Made by a program: the position numbers and the translations under genes. Positions 28,852-38,786 of a stretch of DNA of 64,000 nt are shown here, one piece after another (positions within the stretch are counted from its first letter, which is position 1; the number at the start of each line of letters is the position of its first letter). The notes under the pieces are model-generated. The model searched no databases. It was given only the letters and a program-made list of their open reading frames with translations, and had not been told where the DNA came from. Origin of the DNA: Nitrospirota bacterium (GTDB lineage Bacteria > Nitrospirota > Thermodesulfovibrionia > Thermodesulfovibrionales > Dissulfurispiraceae); assembly GCA_963710375.1 (NCBI GenBank), contig CAVPZX010000007.1:26986-90985 (forward strand), given 5' to 3'.

Positions 28852-28880
28852 ATTATAACAAAGCGTTACTTGAAATTCAA
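28852..28880 (-). promoter_or_regulatory. Sigma70 extended -10 promoter of scpB
   Basis: TTGAAT-17 nt-TATAAT with a TGn extension; the -10 ends 8 nt before the ATG. Confidence 0.7.
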
Positions 28881-28939
28881 ACAAATAATTGGTTAAAGTA
28901 AACGAGTAGTGGGTCAAAGCAGCGCCGGAGAGAGCGTTT

Positions 28940-28996
28940 ACCACAGAGCCACTGAAACACAGAGGATAAAATGCCTGTATCTGTGCCACTGTGGCT
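28940..28996. repeat. Degenerate CACAGAG-family palindromic element
   Basis: accacagagccactgaaacacagag ... tctgtgccactgtggct. Confidence 0.6.
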
Positions 28997-29034
28997 GATT
29001 TTAACAATACAAATTACTTTGCGAGGGGACATAA

Positions 29035-29820
29035 ATGATGATTAGATTTGCCGCAGTGCTTGCCGCAGTGATTTTATTTTTTAATGCAGTTCCAGGTCAC
29101 ACTTTCAGTGAGAGCGGATGTGACGGTGATTGCAAAAAATGTCATTCACTCACCAATGAGGAAGCTATGGGCATGCTCAAAAAAATGAACTCTGCTGCAA
29201 AAGTTGTCGGTATCCAAATGAGTCCTGTTAAGGGACTATGGGAAGTCACCATTGACAATATGGGCAGGAAAGGCATTTTCTATACGGATTTTTCAAAGAA
29301 ATTTATGATAGCCGGACCTATCGTAGAGCTTGATAATGGATCCAACAGGACGCGGGAAAGCGTTGAAAGATTACAGAACAACAGGAAAGTAGATGTATCG
29401 AAGATTCCCCTCGGCAATGCCCTGGTATTAGGCAGTCGCAGCGCTCATAAAAAAGTGATTGTTTTTACCGATCCGGATTGCCCGTTCTGTGCAAGACTCG
29501 ACAAGGAGATGAGAAAGGTGGTGGAGGAAAGGAAGGATATCGCTTTTTATATAAAATTGTTCCCTCTGCCTGCGCATAAAGATGCATATTGGAAGGCCAC
29601 GGCTATAGAATGCAAGAGGTCATTGAAAATGATGGAGGACAATTTTGAAGGCAGACCTATCAGTAGGGACAACTGTGGCACAAAGGAAATTGACGACAAT
29701 ATAAAACTTGCCCAATCCCTCGGCTTTTTTGGTACTCCAACACTGGTGCTCCCTGGTGGGACTGTGCACGAAGGAACGCTGCCGGCAGATAAGCTTATAG
29801 AGCTTATCAATGTTAAATAA
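29035..29820 (+). CDS. dsbC: DsbC family disulfide isomerase with an N-terminal CxxCH
   Basis: Signal peptide, GCDGDCKKCH, SPVKGLWEV dimerisation region, FTDPDCPFC and GTPT. Confidence 0.88.
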   Translation: MMIRFAAVLAAVILFFNAVPGHTFSESGCDGDCKKCHSLTNEEAMGMLKKMNSAAKVVGIQMSPVKGLWEVTIDNMGRKGIFYTDFSKKFMIAGPIVELDNGSNRTRESVERLQNNRKVDVSKIPLGNALVLGSRSAHKKVIVFTDPDCPFCARLDKEMRKVVEERKDIAFYIKLFPLPAHKDAYWKATAIECKRSLKMMEDNFEGRPISRDNCGTKEIDDNIKLAQSLGFFGTPTLVLPGGTVHEGTLPADKLIELINVK

Positions 29821-29847
29821 GCTTATACAACTTATCAGTGGTAGAAA

Positions 29848-30696
29848 ATGAGAGCTTACCACGAGACGCTGATTGTTTTATTGGCGGCCTCGCTTATTTT
29901 AGTCGTACTTTTTTTTCTCGCCGTTTATTTGCCCCGCCTTTTCAAGAAAAAGACACAGGAACCAGAACCTATTGAAATTAATACTCTTATGGGTGCTTTC
30001 AGTGCGCTTGGCGGTGAAATCAACTCCCTTAAAGAACAGCTCATATTGAAGGAAAGGCTTGCCGCGCTAGGAGAGGTGGCAGCAGGCATTGCTCACGAGT
30101 TCAGGAACCCCATGGGCGTTATTGCCGGGTATGCTAAGCTGCTCCTTAAAGGGCTGGAGGGTTCTGACGACAAAAAGGAAATTGTCCAGGCAATCCTGAA
30201 TGAAATTGAAGAGATGAACCGGGTCATGGAAGAACTGCTGAAGTTTTCAAAATCCGAACCAATAAACAGGATAGACATAGACCTGGTAAGTTTTATTACG
30301 GATACTGTAAAGAGCATGGGGCAGACGGCATCCGAAATCAAATTCTCACCTTGTGGTCCTGTTTCAATCAAGGGAGATAAGACCCTTCTCAGACAGGCCC
30401 TTAAAAATCTTCTTCAGAACGCTGTCCATGCAGGCGATAAGATAAGGATAGATGTCGAACACACTGACCTGTCCGGCAGGCACGGGGTATATATTGCCAT
30501 TAAGGATAACGGTAAAGGCATACCGGAGAGTGATTTTAATAAGATATTCATGCCATTTTATACTACAAAGAGCAGGGGCGCAGGAATCGGGCTGGCTCTT
30601 GTGCAGAAGATTGCATTAGCTCATGGGGGCAGCGTGAGTGTGAACAGTAAAGAAGGGAAGGGCAGCACGTTCCGGCTGTTTTTGCCGGTGAATTAA
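29848..30696 (+). CDS. Sensor histidine kinase with a single TM and no sensor domain
   Basis: AGIAHEFRNP, NLLQNA, DNGKGI, FYTTK and GAGIGL. Confidence 0.92.
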   Translation: MRAYHETLIVLLAASLILVVLFFLAVYLPRLFKKKTQEPEPIEINTLMGAFSALGGEINSLKEQLILKERLAALGEVAAGIAHEFRNPMGVIAGYAKLLLKGLEGSDDKKEIVQAILNEIEEMNRVMEELLKFSKSEPINRIDIDLVSFITDTVKSMGQTASEIKFSPCGPVSIKGDKTLLRQALKNLLQNAVHAGDKIRIDVEHTDLSGRHGVYIAIKDNGKGIPESDFNKIFMPFYTTKSRGAGIGLALVQKIALAHGGSVSVNSKEGKGSTFRLFLPVN

Positions 30697-30712
30697 TGGA
30701 CAAACATTAATT

Positions 30713-32065
30713 ATGCAAACTATTCTTATTGTTGAAGATCAGCAGAGCATGGCGGACATGCTCGCCAAGACGCTTGAGTCTGAAGGTTACACTGTTCGCT
30801 TAGCCATGACGTTAAGGGACGGGCTTGACGCGCTTTCCTCCGAGGACATCAGAGCGGTGATTACCGACCTGAGACTGCCTGACGGGGACGGAATGGAAAT
30901 GGTGAAGGCAGCAAGGGAAGGGTCCCCTTTTATCCCGACAATAGTTATGACCGGGTTTGGCAGTATTGAAATTGCGGTCAATGCAATCAAAAAAGGGGCT
31001 TACGACTTTATCACTAAGCCGTTTGACCCCGACCATCTTATTTTGCTCCTTAGACGAGCCCTGGAAGAGCAGACTCTGCAGAAGGAGAATCTTGTCCTTA
31101 AGCACGAATTCTCAAAATTTCTTAAAATGCCTGAAATTATAGGGCTGAGCAGCCAATGGACTAATATAATGGAAAAAATCAAAAAAGTGGCGCCGCTCAA
31201 AACTACGGTACTTGTTCTTGGTGAAAGCGGAACTGGAAAGGAACTCGTTGCCAGGGCCATCCATTATCTAAGCCAGAGGGCCAAATATTCTTTTATTGCA
31301 GTTAATTGCGCTGCAATACCTAAAGATTTAATTGAAAATGAAATATTCGGACACGAAAAGGGAGCTTTTAGCGGGGCTGCTGAGATCAAGCCAGGCAGGT
31401 TTGAACTTGCCGACAGGGGCACTATATTCCTTGATGAGATCGGTGATATGGAACTCTCATTGCAGTCAAAACTGTTGCGTGTGCTCCAGGAAAATGAGTT
31501 TGAACGCGTGGGCGGAACAAAAACCGTACGTGTCGATTTGCGCGTTATCGCGGCAAGCAACAAGAATCTCGAAAAAGAGGTTTCAGGAGGACACTTCAGG
31601 GAGGACCTGTTTTACCGGTTGAATGTTTTCCCTATAATTATTCCACCCCTGCGGGAACGGAGGGAAGATATTATTCCGCTCGCAAGGCATTTTATCGGTA
31701 TGTTTTCATCCGAAATGAACAAAAAGGCTCCGCTGCTTTCTCCTGAATCCGAAAGGATGCTGCTGGAGAATGAATGGAGGGGAAACGCAAGAGAACTGAA
31801 AAACATTATAGAACGGGCGGTTATCCTATGCGACGGTCAGGTTCTCCAGCCGGAGTATTTCAATTTTGTCAAATGCGTACCAGAAGAACAGATAGGTGCT
31901 GAAGCCCCTTTATCTGAAATTGCCCAATTTGCAGTTAAAACCGCTGAAAAATCCCGGATAGAAACCGTTCTTACTCAAACAGGCGGCAATAAGAGCAGGG
32001 CAGCCGAAATACTTAAAGTAAGTTATAAAACATTGCTTACTAAGATCAAGGATTACAGGATATAA
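30713..32065 (+). CDS. Sigma54-dependent response regulator (NtrC/PilR-like)
   Basis: Receiver, GESGTGKE, GAFSGA, FLDEIG, FREDLFYRL, WRGNAREL and a Fis-type HTH. Confidence 0.93.
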   Translation: MQTILIVEDQQSMADMLAKTLESEGYTVRLAMTLRDGLDALSSEDIRAVITDLRLPDGDGMEMVKAAREGSPFIPTIVMTGFGSIEIAVNAIKKGAYDFITKPFDPDHLILLLRRALEEQTLQKENLVLKHEFSKFLKMPEIIGLSSQWTNIMEKIKKVAPLKTTVLVLGESGTGKELVARAIHYLSQRAKYSFIAVNCAAIPKDLIENEIFGHEKGAFSGAAEIKPGRFELADRGTIFLDEIGDMELSLQSKLLRVLQENEFERVGGTKTVRVDLRVIAASNKNLEKEVSGGHFREDLFYRLNVFPIIIPPLRERREDIIPLARHFIGMFSSEMNKKAPLLSPESERMLLENEWRGNARELKNIIERAVILCDGQVLQPEYFNFVKCVPEEQIGAEAPLSEIAQFAVKTAEKSRIETVLTQTGGNKSRAAEILKVSYKTLLTKIKDYRI

Positions 32066-32076
32066 TTAAAACATCT

Positions 32077-32121
32077 AATAGGTTATAGGTTTTTCCAATT
32101 ACTCATCACCTGTGACCTATT
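32077..32121. repeat. Degenerate 7-mer palindromic element (ATAGGT/ACCTAT)
   Basis: aataggttataggtt ... ccaattactcatcacctgtgacctatt; related to 3542-3569. Confidence 0.55.
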
Positions 32122-32136
32122 TATATGAATTGTCTT

Positions 32137-32238
32137 ACATAATTATGTGTAACTAGTTGTATACTGCTATATTTCCAATCCGTAATTCCCTGATTTTAAC
32201 AGCAAAAACATTTTCCGCTAACCGGCATTGAAATTGCT
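32137..32238 (+). promoter_or_regulatory. Sigma54 promoter of pilY1 with candidate IHF site and enhancer
   Basis: -24/-12 element cGGCATTGAAATTGCt (GG-N10-GC) at 32223-32238; IHF-like AATCAG-N4-TTA on the minus strand at 32183-32195; palindrome ACATAATTATGT at 32137-32148. Confidence 0.7.
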
Positions 32239-32255
32239 CTATAAACTATGAAATC

Positions 32256-35200
32256 ATGAAAAAACGCTATCAAATTCCGGCAATTATTTCGTTGTCTATT
32301 GTTGTCGTGCTGTCATTGGGTTTCCTGTCTGATTCTATGTCGAGTTCATCTATGAATACATATTGTTACACTCCTCCCTTTGTCACCACAGCTGTGCCGC
32401 CGCTGGTAATGCTTGTCATGTCAAAGGACCACAAGCTCTTTTTTAAGGCTTATGACGATGTTGTCGATCTTGACGGAGACGGGATCCCCGATGTCACTTA
32501 TAAAGACACAATTACCTATTTCGGATATTTCGATTCCGGCAAGTGCTACTCCTACATTTCTGCCAACAACCGCTTTGAGCCTCAGGTATTGGCTTCGGGC
32601 ACTAACAATCATTATTGTTCAGGTATGTGGAGCGGCAACTTTCTTAATTGGGCCACGATGGCAAGGATCGATATCCTGCGTGCGGTGCTGTATGGAGGCA
32701 AGCGCGATATAGATCAGAGTGGCGGAATAACTGTTTTAAGCAGAACGACACTCACTCAGGACGCGCACTCCTGGGCCAAGGTGTACATCGGCGCCGACAT
32801 TGCGCAACTTACCCCCGCCGGCGGCGCGAGCAATCAAACCGCTATAACGATATGTAATACAAATACAAGCAACTCAGGAAATCAGGCCAACTGGTCTCTT
32901 ATGAACTTCTATTGGGGAAACGCTGCAAATGGACCTGCTTCGCCTATAAATACTGGTGGTCAATACTATCCTTACGCTGCTGCCCTGGATGGCGGCGTGC
33001 AGTGTACAAAGAAATACAACACGGGACCTAATGCAGGTCCCGCCCTGCCAACAATCCCGTCACCCGGATCAGCGGCCAACAGCAATGGTGGTTCTTATTA
33101 TGTCAATGTCTTAGTGTGCAATCCAACGGTTGGGCTGGAATCAAACTGTCTCCAGTACGGCTCGTCCACGCTATCATATAAGCCTGCCGGGGTCATGCAG
33201 ACATTGGGACTGAATCCCATAACCAATGCGCCGCGAATGTATTTTGCTCTCATCACCGGAAGCTATAATAATAATCAGAGCGGAGGAGTGTTAAGAAGTA
33301 ATTTTACCGATACGACCCAGGAGATCAATACCAGCGACGGCACAATCAATACAAGTACCTCAAAGATTATAAAGACCATTGATTTGCTTCAATTGATCTA
33401 TTATGATTTCACGAATCATACATGGGCCAGTTCACCCGGCAACTGTGGCTTGAGCGCGACCTTTACCCAACCGAACTGCCCGGACTGGGGTAACCCCATG
33501 AGTGAGATGTACTATGAAGCGCTCAGGTATTTTGCCGGAAAAAGCGGTCCCACATCACAGTTTTCAGCTTCACCTCCGGACCCAACGTCAGTGTTTAATA
33601 CAGATCTATATGCCACAGGTGTAACTTCACTTCCGGTTGCCTCCTCGTGGGCCAATCCTTTCAGTTCATCAGGAGGCAACTATCCTTCCTGTTCCAAGCC
33701 TTTTATTCTTATGCTAAGCGATGTCTACTCCTCGTGGGACTCCGACCAACTACCAGGAGTTTATTCCTCCTGGCAAGCCACGATAACCCCCAATAACGAT
33801 ATCGGCGCCCCCGGCGTTTCTACCATGTTCAGCAATAGCTATTCCAATATGAATTCTCTTGAAGGAATATCCAGCGCCTTCGTGGGACAATTCGGGGCCA
33901 CAAATACCGGCAATTGCTCCCAAGAGCCTTCTTCTGGGACCGGGTTTGATTTCGGCCAGGCACGCGGACTCTGCTCTGAAGAGCCTACGAAACAGGGCTC
34001 ATACTATATGGCCGGGCTGGCCTGGTGGGCGCATACGACAGGCGTTACTAATCCTTCTGTCAGCAATAACCTGCAGGTTAATACCTATGCAGTGGTCACT
34101 CCTTCCGACGTACCTAATCTCAGTTTCGCAGTCGGTTCCAATACTGTTTTTCTCCAGCCTGACTTTAACGTTATCTCCTATACGGGTCTTACCGGCTCCA
34201 AAGGACAGTTTGTCGACTTTAAAATATTGGCGACGCCTAATATCAGTTGTCCATCGCTTGACACGGAATGTACCACTGAAACCACTACTAACGGCTATCA
34301 GTATGGATACGAAGTTGCCTATGATGATTCCGGACAGGGGAATGACTACGACCTTGATGTGCGCTGGAGATTGTTTGTCAAGACAAACCCGACGGCAAAT
34401 ACAATAACAATCAAAACCAAGGGCGAGTATTATGCGGCAGGCGCTAACGATGGGTCCGGGTATTTGATAACCGGTGTTAACAACGGGGGGGGATATATTG
34501 AACTCCAGGGAGCAGGAGACGGCGTGAGTTTTACGGGATATTGCAACGGAGCGGCATGCCCTTCAACTTGCAATGGAGGCGGAGAATGCTCACATGGCAG
34601 TTCATCCTCAACACCCGGTGTTGTATATGTTGAAAGGACTTTTAGTGTTACCGGGTCGTCGGCAAGCTTTACGCATGACCCCTTCTGGTACGCTGCCAAA
34701 TACGGAGGGTTTAACAACAATAATCCACTTGCACCATACCCTGCCCTGACGAGCCAATGGGACACTACCGGAGACGGTATGCCTGATAATTATTTTTATG
34801 CCTCCAATCCGCTCCAGTTGCAGCAGCAGCTCGTTAATGCATTCAGCGCAATCCTCAACCAGGCCTCATCAGGCACCACTGTTGTGAGCCTGCCCCCATC
34901 TCAGACTATATCATCCAATATCGTGGCCCAGGCCTATTTCTTTCCCGAGCAGCAGGATAACGCTGTAAGGCTTACATGGCTCGGATATCTGAGAACGTTA
35001 TGGGCCGACGCTGTGTCAAATATCAGGGAGAACACTGCCGGCACGGATATCCTGGATATCATACAAGACAAAATAGTGGCGTTTCTTTATAACTCGGCGC
35101 AGCAGCAGTTTGTGGCAACTGTTTATACTGATACGAACAGCAGTTCCGGCCTGAACAGCTGCACATCTACTACAAAGGATATTTCTGCCGTGGCGCCGAT

Positions 35201-37430
35201 TTGGGAAGCAGGCTCGATACTTCAAAACACTGACCCAGCCAACAGAACCATTTATACTTGGATTGACAGCCAGACGTCAGGCGCAACAGGTGTGGTTGAC
35301 TCCGGAGAATTTGTACAGTTTAGTTTAAGCGGTACAGGCGGTTTAAGTTCCTCGCAGCTCACGGCACTGAGCGGTTACTGGACGTATAGCGACATAGGAG
35401 CCTGCAACAGCGCTTGTGCGAATTCGGTTGTTCAATATGTAAGGGGGTATGACCTGCCCAGTCCTTCCGGTTCCCTGTTCAGATTAAGGCAATCGGATTC
35501 CACAGGCAGTAATGTTATCACATCATGGAAACTGGGCGATATCATTTTTTCAACTCCGCAAATTGACCCCAATGGTAAGGTCAACGGATATGATACGCGA
35601 TATGGCGACACAACTTATGGGGCATTTATTAACAGTACTATCAAGAATAATCCGCCTGTTGTATTTGTCGGCGCCAATGACGGGATGGTGCATGCATTCA
35701 TCCTGGGGACGCTTTCCGGCATCAGCCCACCGGTAGGAAACGGCACTTCGTCGTTAGAGGTAGCCCAGTTGTCACCTTCACCAGGAAAGACGCTAGGAAG
35801 TGAGGCATGGGCATATATTCCATGGAATGTAATACCGTATCTCAGGTGGTATTGCCAGAACAATTATTGTCATATCCCTATGGCTGATGCCACATTTACG
35901 ATTGTTGACGCCTCTACAGGCACCCCAACAAGTCCGGCCAGTGCTGCAGCTGTGAAGCCCTCTGATGGTTCTACCTGGCGGCGCTTGCTTATAGGCTCCA
36001 TGGGGTTCGGCGGTACACCGATCACTGTAGGAAGTCCAAGCGTGACCTTCAGCTCTTCTATTTTTGTTATGGACATTACCAACCCTCTCTCTCCGGTCCT
36101 TTGGTGGGAGAAGCAGATGCCTGACAATACACTGACTGAAGGGATTCCGGGTATCGTAAGACTCGGGGCAGGCAATGCTAACGGCAGCTGGTATCTGGTT
36201 ATGGGAAGCGGAGCGACGACAATAACCACTGCAAGTCTCACTTATCCTGCAAATCCAAAAATTTATGTCTTTAATCTCCTTGATGGCAGTCAGGCAGCGT
36301 TTGACGCGAACAATGTACCTGGTTTGCCCATTACAAATGCCGAGGGCGCTACTAATAATACGGCGGCCAATGTAGCTGTCGGAGATTTAGAGTCTGCTGA
36401 TCTTGATTATCCGGCTGGCGATTACCAGACTGATGTTGTCTATTTCGGCACCTATAGTGAAACAGCGGGAGGACTTTACAGGTTAAGGATACGGAACGGA
36501 TCGACAGGAAACACCCCCAATTACATTGCCGGCCCGTCAAACTGGCTGATATCAGCAGTTGTCAACCCCGGACACCCTGTCTTTGCCGCTCCTTCATTAG
36601 CCATAGACGCTGCCCAAAACCAATGGCTTTATTTCGGGACCGGCCTTTATGTTACTTCAAGCGATACAAGTGTCACTAACGAGCTGTTGTATGGTGTGAA
36701 AGAGTCCACTACTTGCTGGCAGAGCGGTGGTTCAGGCTGCAATTATACAAATTTTATAAACATGACCAATGCTGCTTACACCGGTGCCAGGGCACTGACA
36801 TACTCCTGTGAATGTACGGGCGGCGCAACCGTCCTTACAGGAAAGTGCGACGGCCTTGGCAACTGTCCCAATGCCACCAATCCTGGCTGTCCTTCCAATG
36901 AAGGCTCCCTGGTGGTAACGTCAGTTGCAGGCGCGACATTGAGCGGCTCAGGCGCTAGCTGCAATGGCGCAAGCTGCGATGGCTTAAAAGATACGGCAGC
37001 AGCCAACTGTCTTGTATGTGCACTGAACAGCTATGCCGGGTGGACGCAGACTATTACAGGCGCTAAGATTTATGCTTCACCTCTTGCCTACGGCGGCATT
37101 GTAAGTGCCACTGAATTTGCTCCTAGCGGGAACATCTGCCAGGCTGGAGGGACTTCCAGTCTTATATCACTCCAATTTAATACCGGGGCCCCTTATAACC
37201 AGCCCACTATTTTGTCAGTAGCAGGGACCAGCGGTTCCACCACTAACCTTAGCGTTAATAAGACGGTCCAAATTTCTCCAGGCGCTTCGCCCTTCAAACA
37301 GAGCCTTGTTCCGGTCCAGACCGGCAACACCTTCAAAGTGTTTACCCAGTCAGCAGGAGGCATTGCCTCAGTCTCTGTAAATCCTAGTATTTCGATGAGC
37401 AATCAATATATATTATGGATGACAAAATAA
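32256..37430 (+). CDS. pilY1: Type IV pilus tip adhesin PilY1/PilC
   Basis: 1724 aa, signal peptide, WSGNFLNW, WKLGDIIFSTP, VFVGANDGMVHAF, EAWAYIP, YFGTG; Cys-rich with DxDGDG Ca-binding-like loops. Confidence 0.9.
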   Translation: MKKRYQIPAIISLSIVVVLSLGFLSDSMSSSSMNTYCYTPPFVTTAVPPLVMLVMSKDHKLFFKAYDDVVDLDGDGIPDVTYKDTITYFGYFDSGKCYSYISANNRFEPQVLASGTNNHYCSGMWSGNFLNWATMARIDILRAVLYGGKRDIDQSGGITVLSRTTLTQDAHSWAKVYIGADIAQLTPAGGASNQTAITICNTNTSNSGNQANWSLMNFYWGNAANGPASPINTGGQYYPYAAALDGGVQCTKKYNTGPNAGPALPTIPSPGSAANSNGGSYYVNVLVCNPTVGLESNCLQYGSSTLSYKPAGVMQTLGLNPITNAPRMYFALITGSYNNNQSGGVLRSNFTDTTQEINTSDGTINTSTSKIIKTIDLLQLIYYDFTNHTWASSPGNCGLSATFTQPNCPDWGNPMSEMYYEALRYFAGKSGPTSQFSASPPDPTSVFNTDLYATGVTSLPVASSWANPFSSSGGNYPSCSKPFILMLSDVYSSWDSDQLPGVYSSWQATITPNNDIGAPGVSTMFSNSYSNMNSLEGISSAFVGQFGATNTGNCSQEPSSGTGFDFGQARGLCSEEPTKQGSYYMAGLAWWAHTTGVTNPSVSNNLQVNTYAVVTPSDVPNLSFAVGSNTVFLQPDFNVISYTGLTGSKGQFVDFKILATPNISCPSLDTECTTETTTNGYQYGYEVAYDDSGQGNDYDLDVRWRLFVKTNPTANTITIKTKGEYYAAGANDGSGYLITGVNNGGGYIELQGAGDGVSFTGYCNGAACPSTCNGGGECSHGSSSSTPGVVYVERTFSVTGSSASFTHDPFWYAAKYGGFNNNNPLAPYPALTSQWDTTGDGMPDNYFYASNPLQLQQQLVNAFSAILNQASSGTTVVSLPPSQTISSNIVAQAYFFPEQQDNAVRLTWLGYLRTLWADAVSNIRENTAGTDILDIIQDKIVAFLYNSAQQQFVATVYTDTNSSSGLNSCTSTTKDISAVAPIWEAGSILQNTDPANRTIYTWIDSQTSGATGVVDSGEFVQFSLSGTGGLSSSQLTALSGYWTYSDIGACNSACANSVVQYVRGYDLPSPSGSLFRLRQSDSTGSNVITSWKLGDIIFSTPQIDPNGKVNGYDTRYGDTTYGAFINSTIKNNPPVVFVGANDGMVHAFILGTLSGISPPVGNGTSSLEVAQLSPSPGKTLGSEAWAYIPWNVIPYLRWYCQNNYCHIPMADATFTIVDASTGTPTSPASAAAVKPSDGSTWRRLLIGSMGFGGTPITVGSPSVTFSSSIFVMDITNPLSPVLWWEKQMPDNTLTEGIPGIVRLGAGNANGSWYLVMGSGATTITTASLTYPANPKIYVFNLLDGSQAAFDANNVPGLPITNAEGATNNTAANVAVGDLESADLDYPAGDYQTDVVYFGTYSETAGGLYRLRIRNGSTGNTPNYIAGPSNWLISAVVNPGHPVFAAPSLAIDAAQNQWLYFGTGLYVTSSDTSVTNELLYGVKESTTCWQSGGSGCNYTNFINMTNAAYTGARALTYSCECTGGATVLTGKCDGLGNCPNATNPGCPSNEGSLVVTSVAGATLSGSGASCNGASCDGLKDTAAANCLVCALNSYAGWTQTITGAKIYASPLAYGGIVSATEFAPSGNICQAGGTSSLISLQFNTGAPYNQPTILSVAGTSGSTTNLSVNKTVQISPGASPFKQSLVPVQTGNTFKVFTQSAGGIASVSVNPSISMSNQYILWMTK

Positions 37431-38023
37431 AAGGGTTTAGTGTTCTTGAACTCGTTATGGTTCTTGCCATTGCGGCCACACTAATTACAATCGCGGGCAT
37501 GTGGGCTGTTTCGTTTATAGCAGACGCCACACTGTCCCAGATGCGTGATCAATTATTGCAGAATATAGAAGAGGCAAGGTCGCAGTCCATTTCTTCGGTG
37601 CCCTACGGGATAGAATTCAATAGCGCAACCGCAGCTACTAATTATGCGCTCATCCGGTTCCCGGGCGGGACATGCAGTTCTACAGGAACTCCGTGTGCAA
37701 CAACTTTGAATAGTCTGGGCGACGGTTGCAATGCGGCGGCAAACGAATACTGTGTATTCTCTCAGAGCGGGAGCTTTATGGTTACTGGCGGTATAACGCC
37801 GACCACAATGAAGACAGTAGCCTTTACTTCGGGCTATATTGCTACTCTTTCATTTACAGGTTCCCCCACCGGCAATTATATCTGGTTTGACCGCAAAGGC
37901 ATGCCGCATGATAACAGTTGGAACACGCCCACAGGGGAGACAACTATAACAGTTTCAAAAGGCGGCGCTGCAAACAAGTCAATAACTATCGATACGGCAG
38001 GCAAAGTCACGTATGAGAGATAA
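37415..38023 (+). CDS. FimU/FimT-like minor pilin
   Basis: Prepilin KG|FSVLELVMV, EARSQSI, IWFDRKG and ITIDTAGKV. Confidence 0.85.
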   Translation: MDDKIKGFSVLELVMVLAIAATLITIAGMWAVSFIADATLSQMRDQLLQNIEEARSQSISSVPYGIEFNSATAATNYALIRFPGGTCSSTGTPCATTLNSLGDGCNAAANEYCVFSQSGSFMVTGGITPTTMKTVAFTSGYIATLSFTGSPTGNYIWFDRKGMPHDNSWNTPTGETTITVSKGGAANKSITIDTAGKVTYER

Positions 38024-38786
38024 GGGCTCGGGAATAAACAGCTTGTGCATTGGTGCCTCCCAGAGAGGTTTTACACTTATAGAAATACTTATTTCTACCG
38101 GCATTTTGCTCATTGCAGTTGCCGGGTTTCTTGCGTGGGCAGCCAATGTTGTAAATCAGCGCGCAGGACTCTCAAAGCGCAATTTCGCATACAATATTGC
38201 CGTTGACGTAAGCGACCGTCTTGCGAAGCTCAGCGGGACCAATGTTTTTTTATTGCCTAACAGCAGCGGAACCATTAAGTATTTAGGACTGGACAGCAAC
38301 GGCAATCTGCTGACGTGTTTAGCAGGAGTTCTTACGTCCAATGGTTTGACCTTCGATGCAACAGGCATGACTCAATATACCAATCCATGGAACGGGACCA
38401 TGAATAATCTGTTCCTTTATCACGACAGCCTGGGGACATTCAGTGCGAGCGCACCATTGACAACAACTGCCAATGCGTTTATAGATCATCCCAATTCGAG
38501 TGATGTCGCGAATTTGGGCTTACCTGACGACATCAACAGCTTAATCAATCCGATACGGCGTTCTGCAAACGGGGTGACCTACTATGTAGCATGGAGTGTG
38601 GCCTATATGCCATGCGCAACAGCGCCTACGAATTTGGTGAAGATTTTCATAACGGTTTACTGGATAGATCCCGAGCCCTCTTTTTCATCAACTATCACTC
38701 AGGTCAACAACTACATCCAGTCACACCCACTTAGTGTTAAAAATGTTTCTATTACACTTGACAAGTCGTTGACGGCCACGCAATGA
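38013..38786 (+). CDS. PilV-like minor pilin
   Basis: Prepilin RG|FTLIEILI, YYVAWSV and KIFITVYW. Confidence 0.8.
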   Translation: MRDKGSGINSLCIGASQRGFTLIEILISTGILLIAVAGFLAWAANVVNQRAGLSKRNFAYNIAVDVSDRLAKLSGTNVFLLPNSSGTIKYLGLDSNGNLLTCLAGVLTSNGLTFDATGMTQYTNPWNGTMNNLFLYHDSLGTFSASAPLTTTANAFIDHPNSSDVANLGLPDDINSLINPIRRSANGVTYYVAWSVAYMPCATAPTNLVKIFITVYWIDPEPSFSSTITQVNNYIQSHPLSVKNVSITLDKSLTATQ

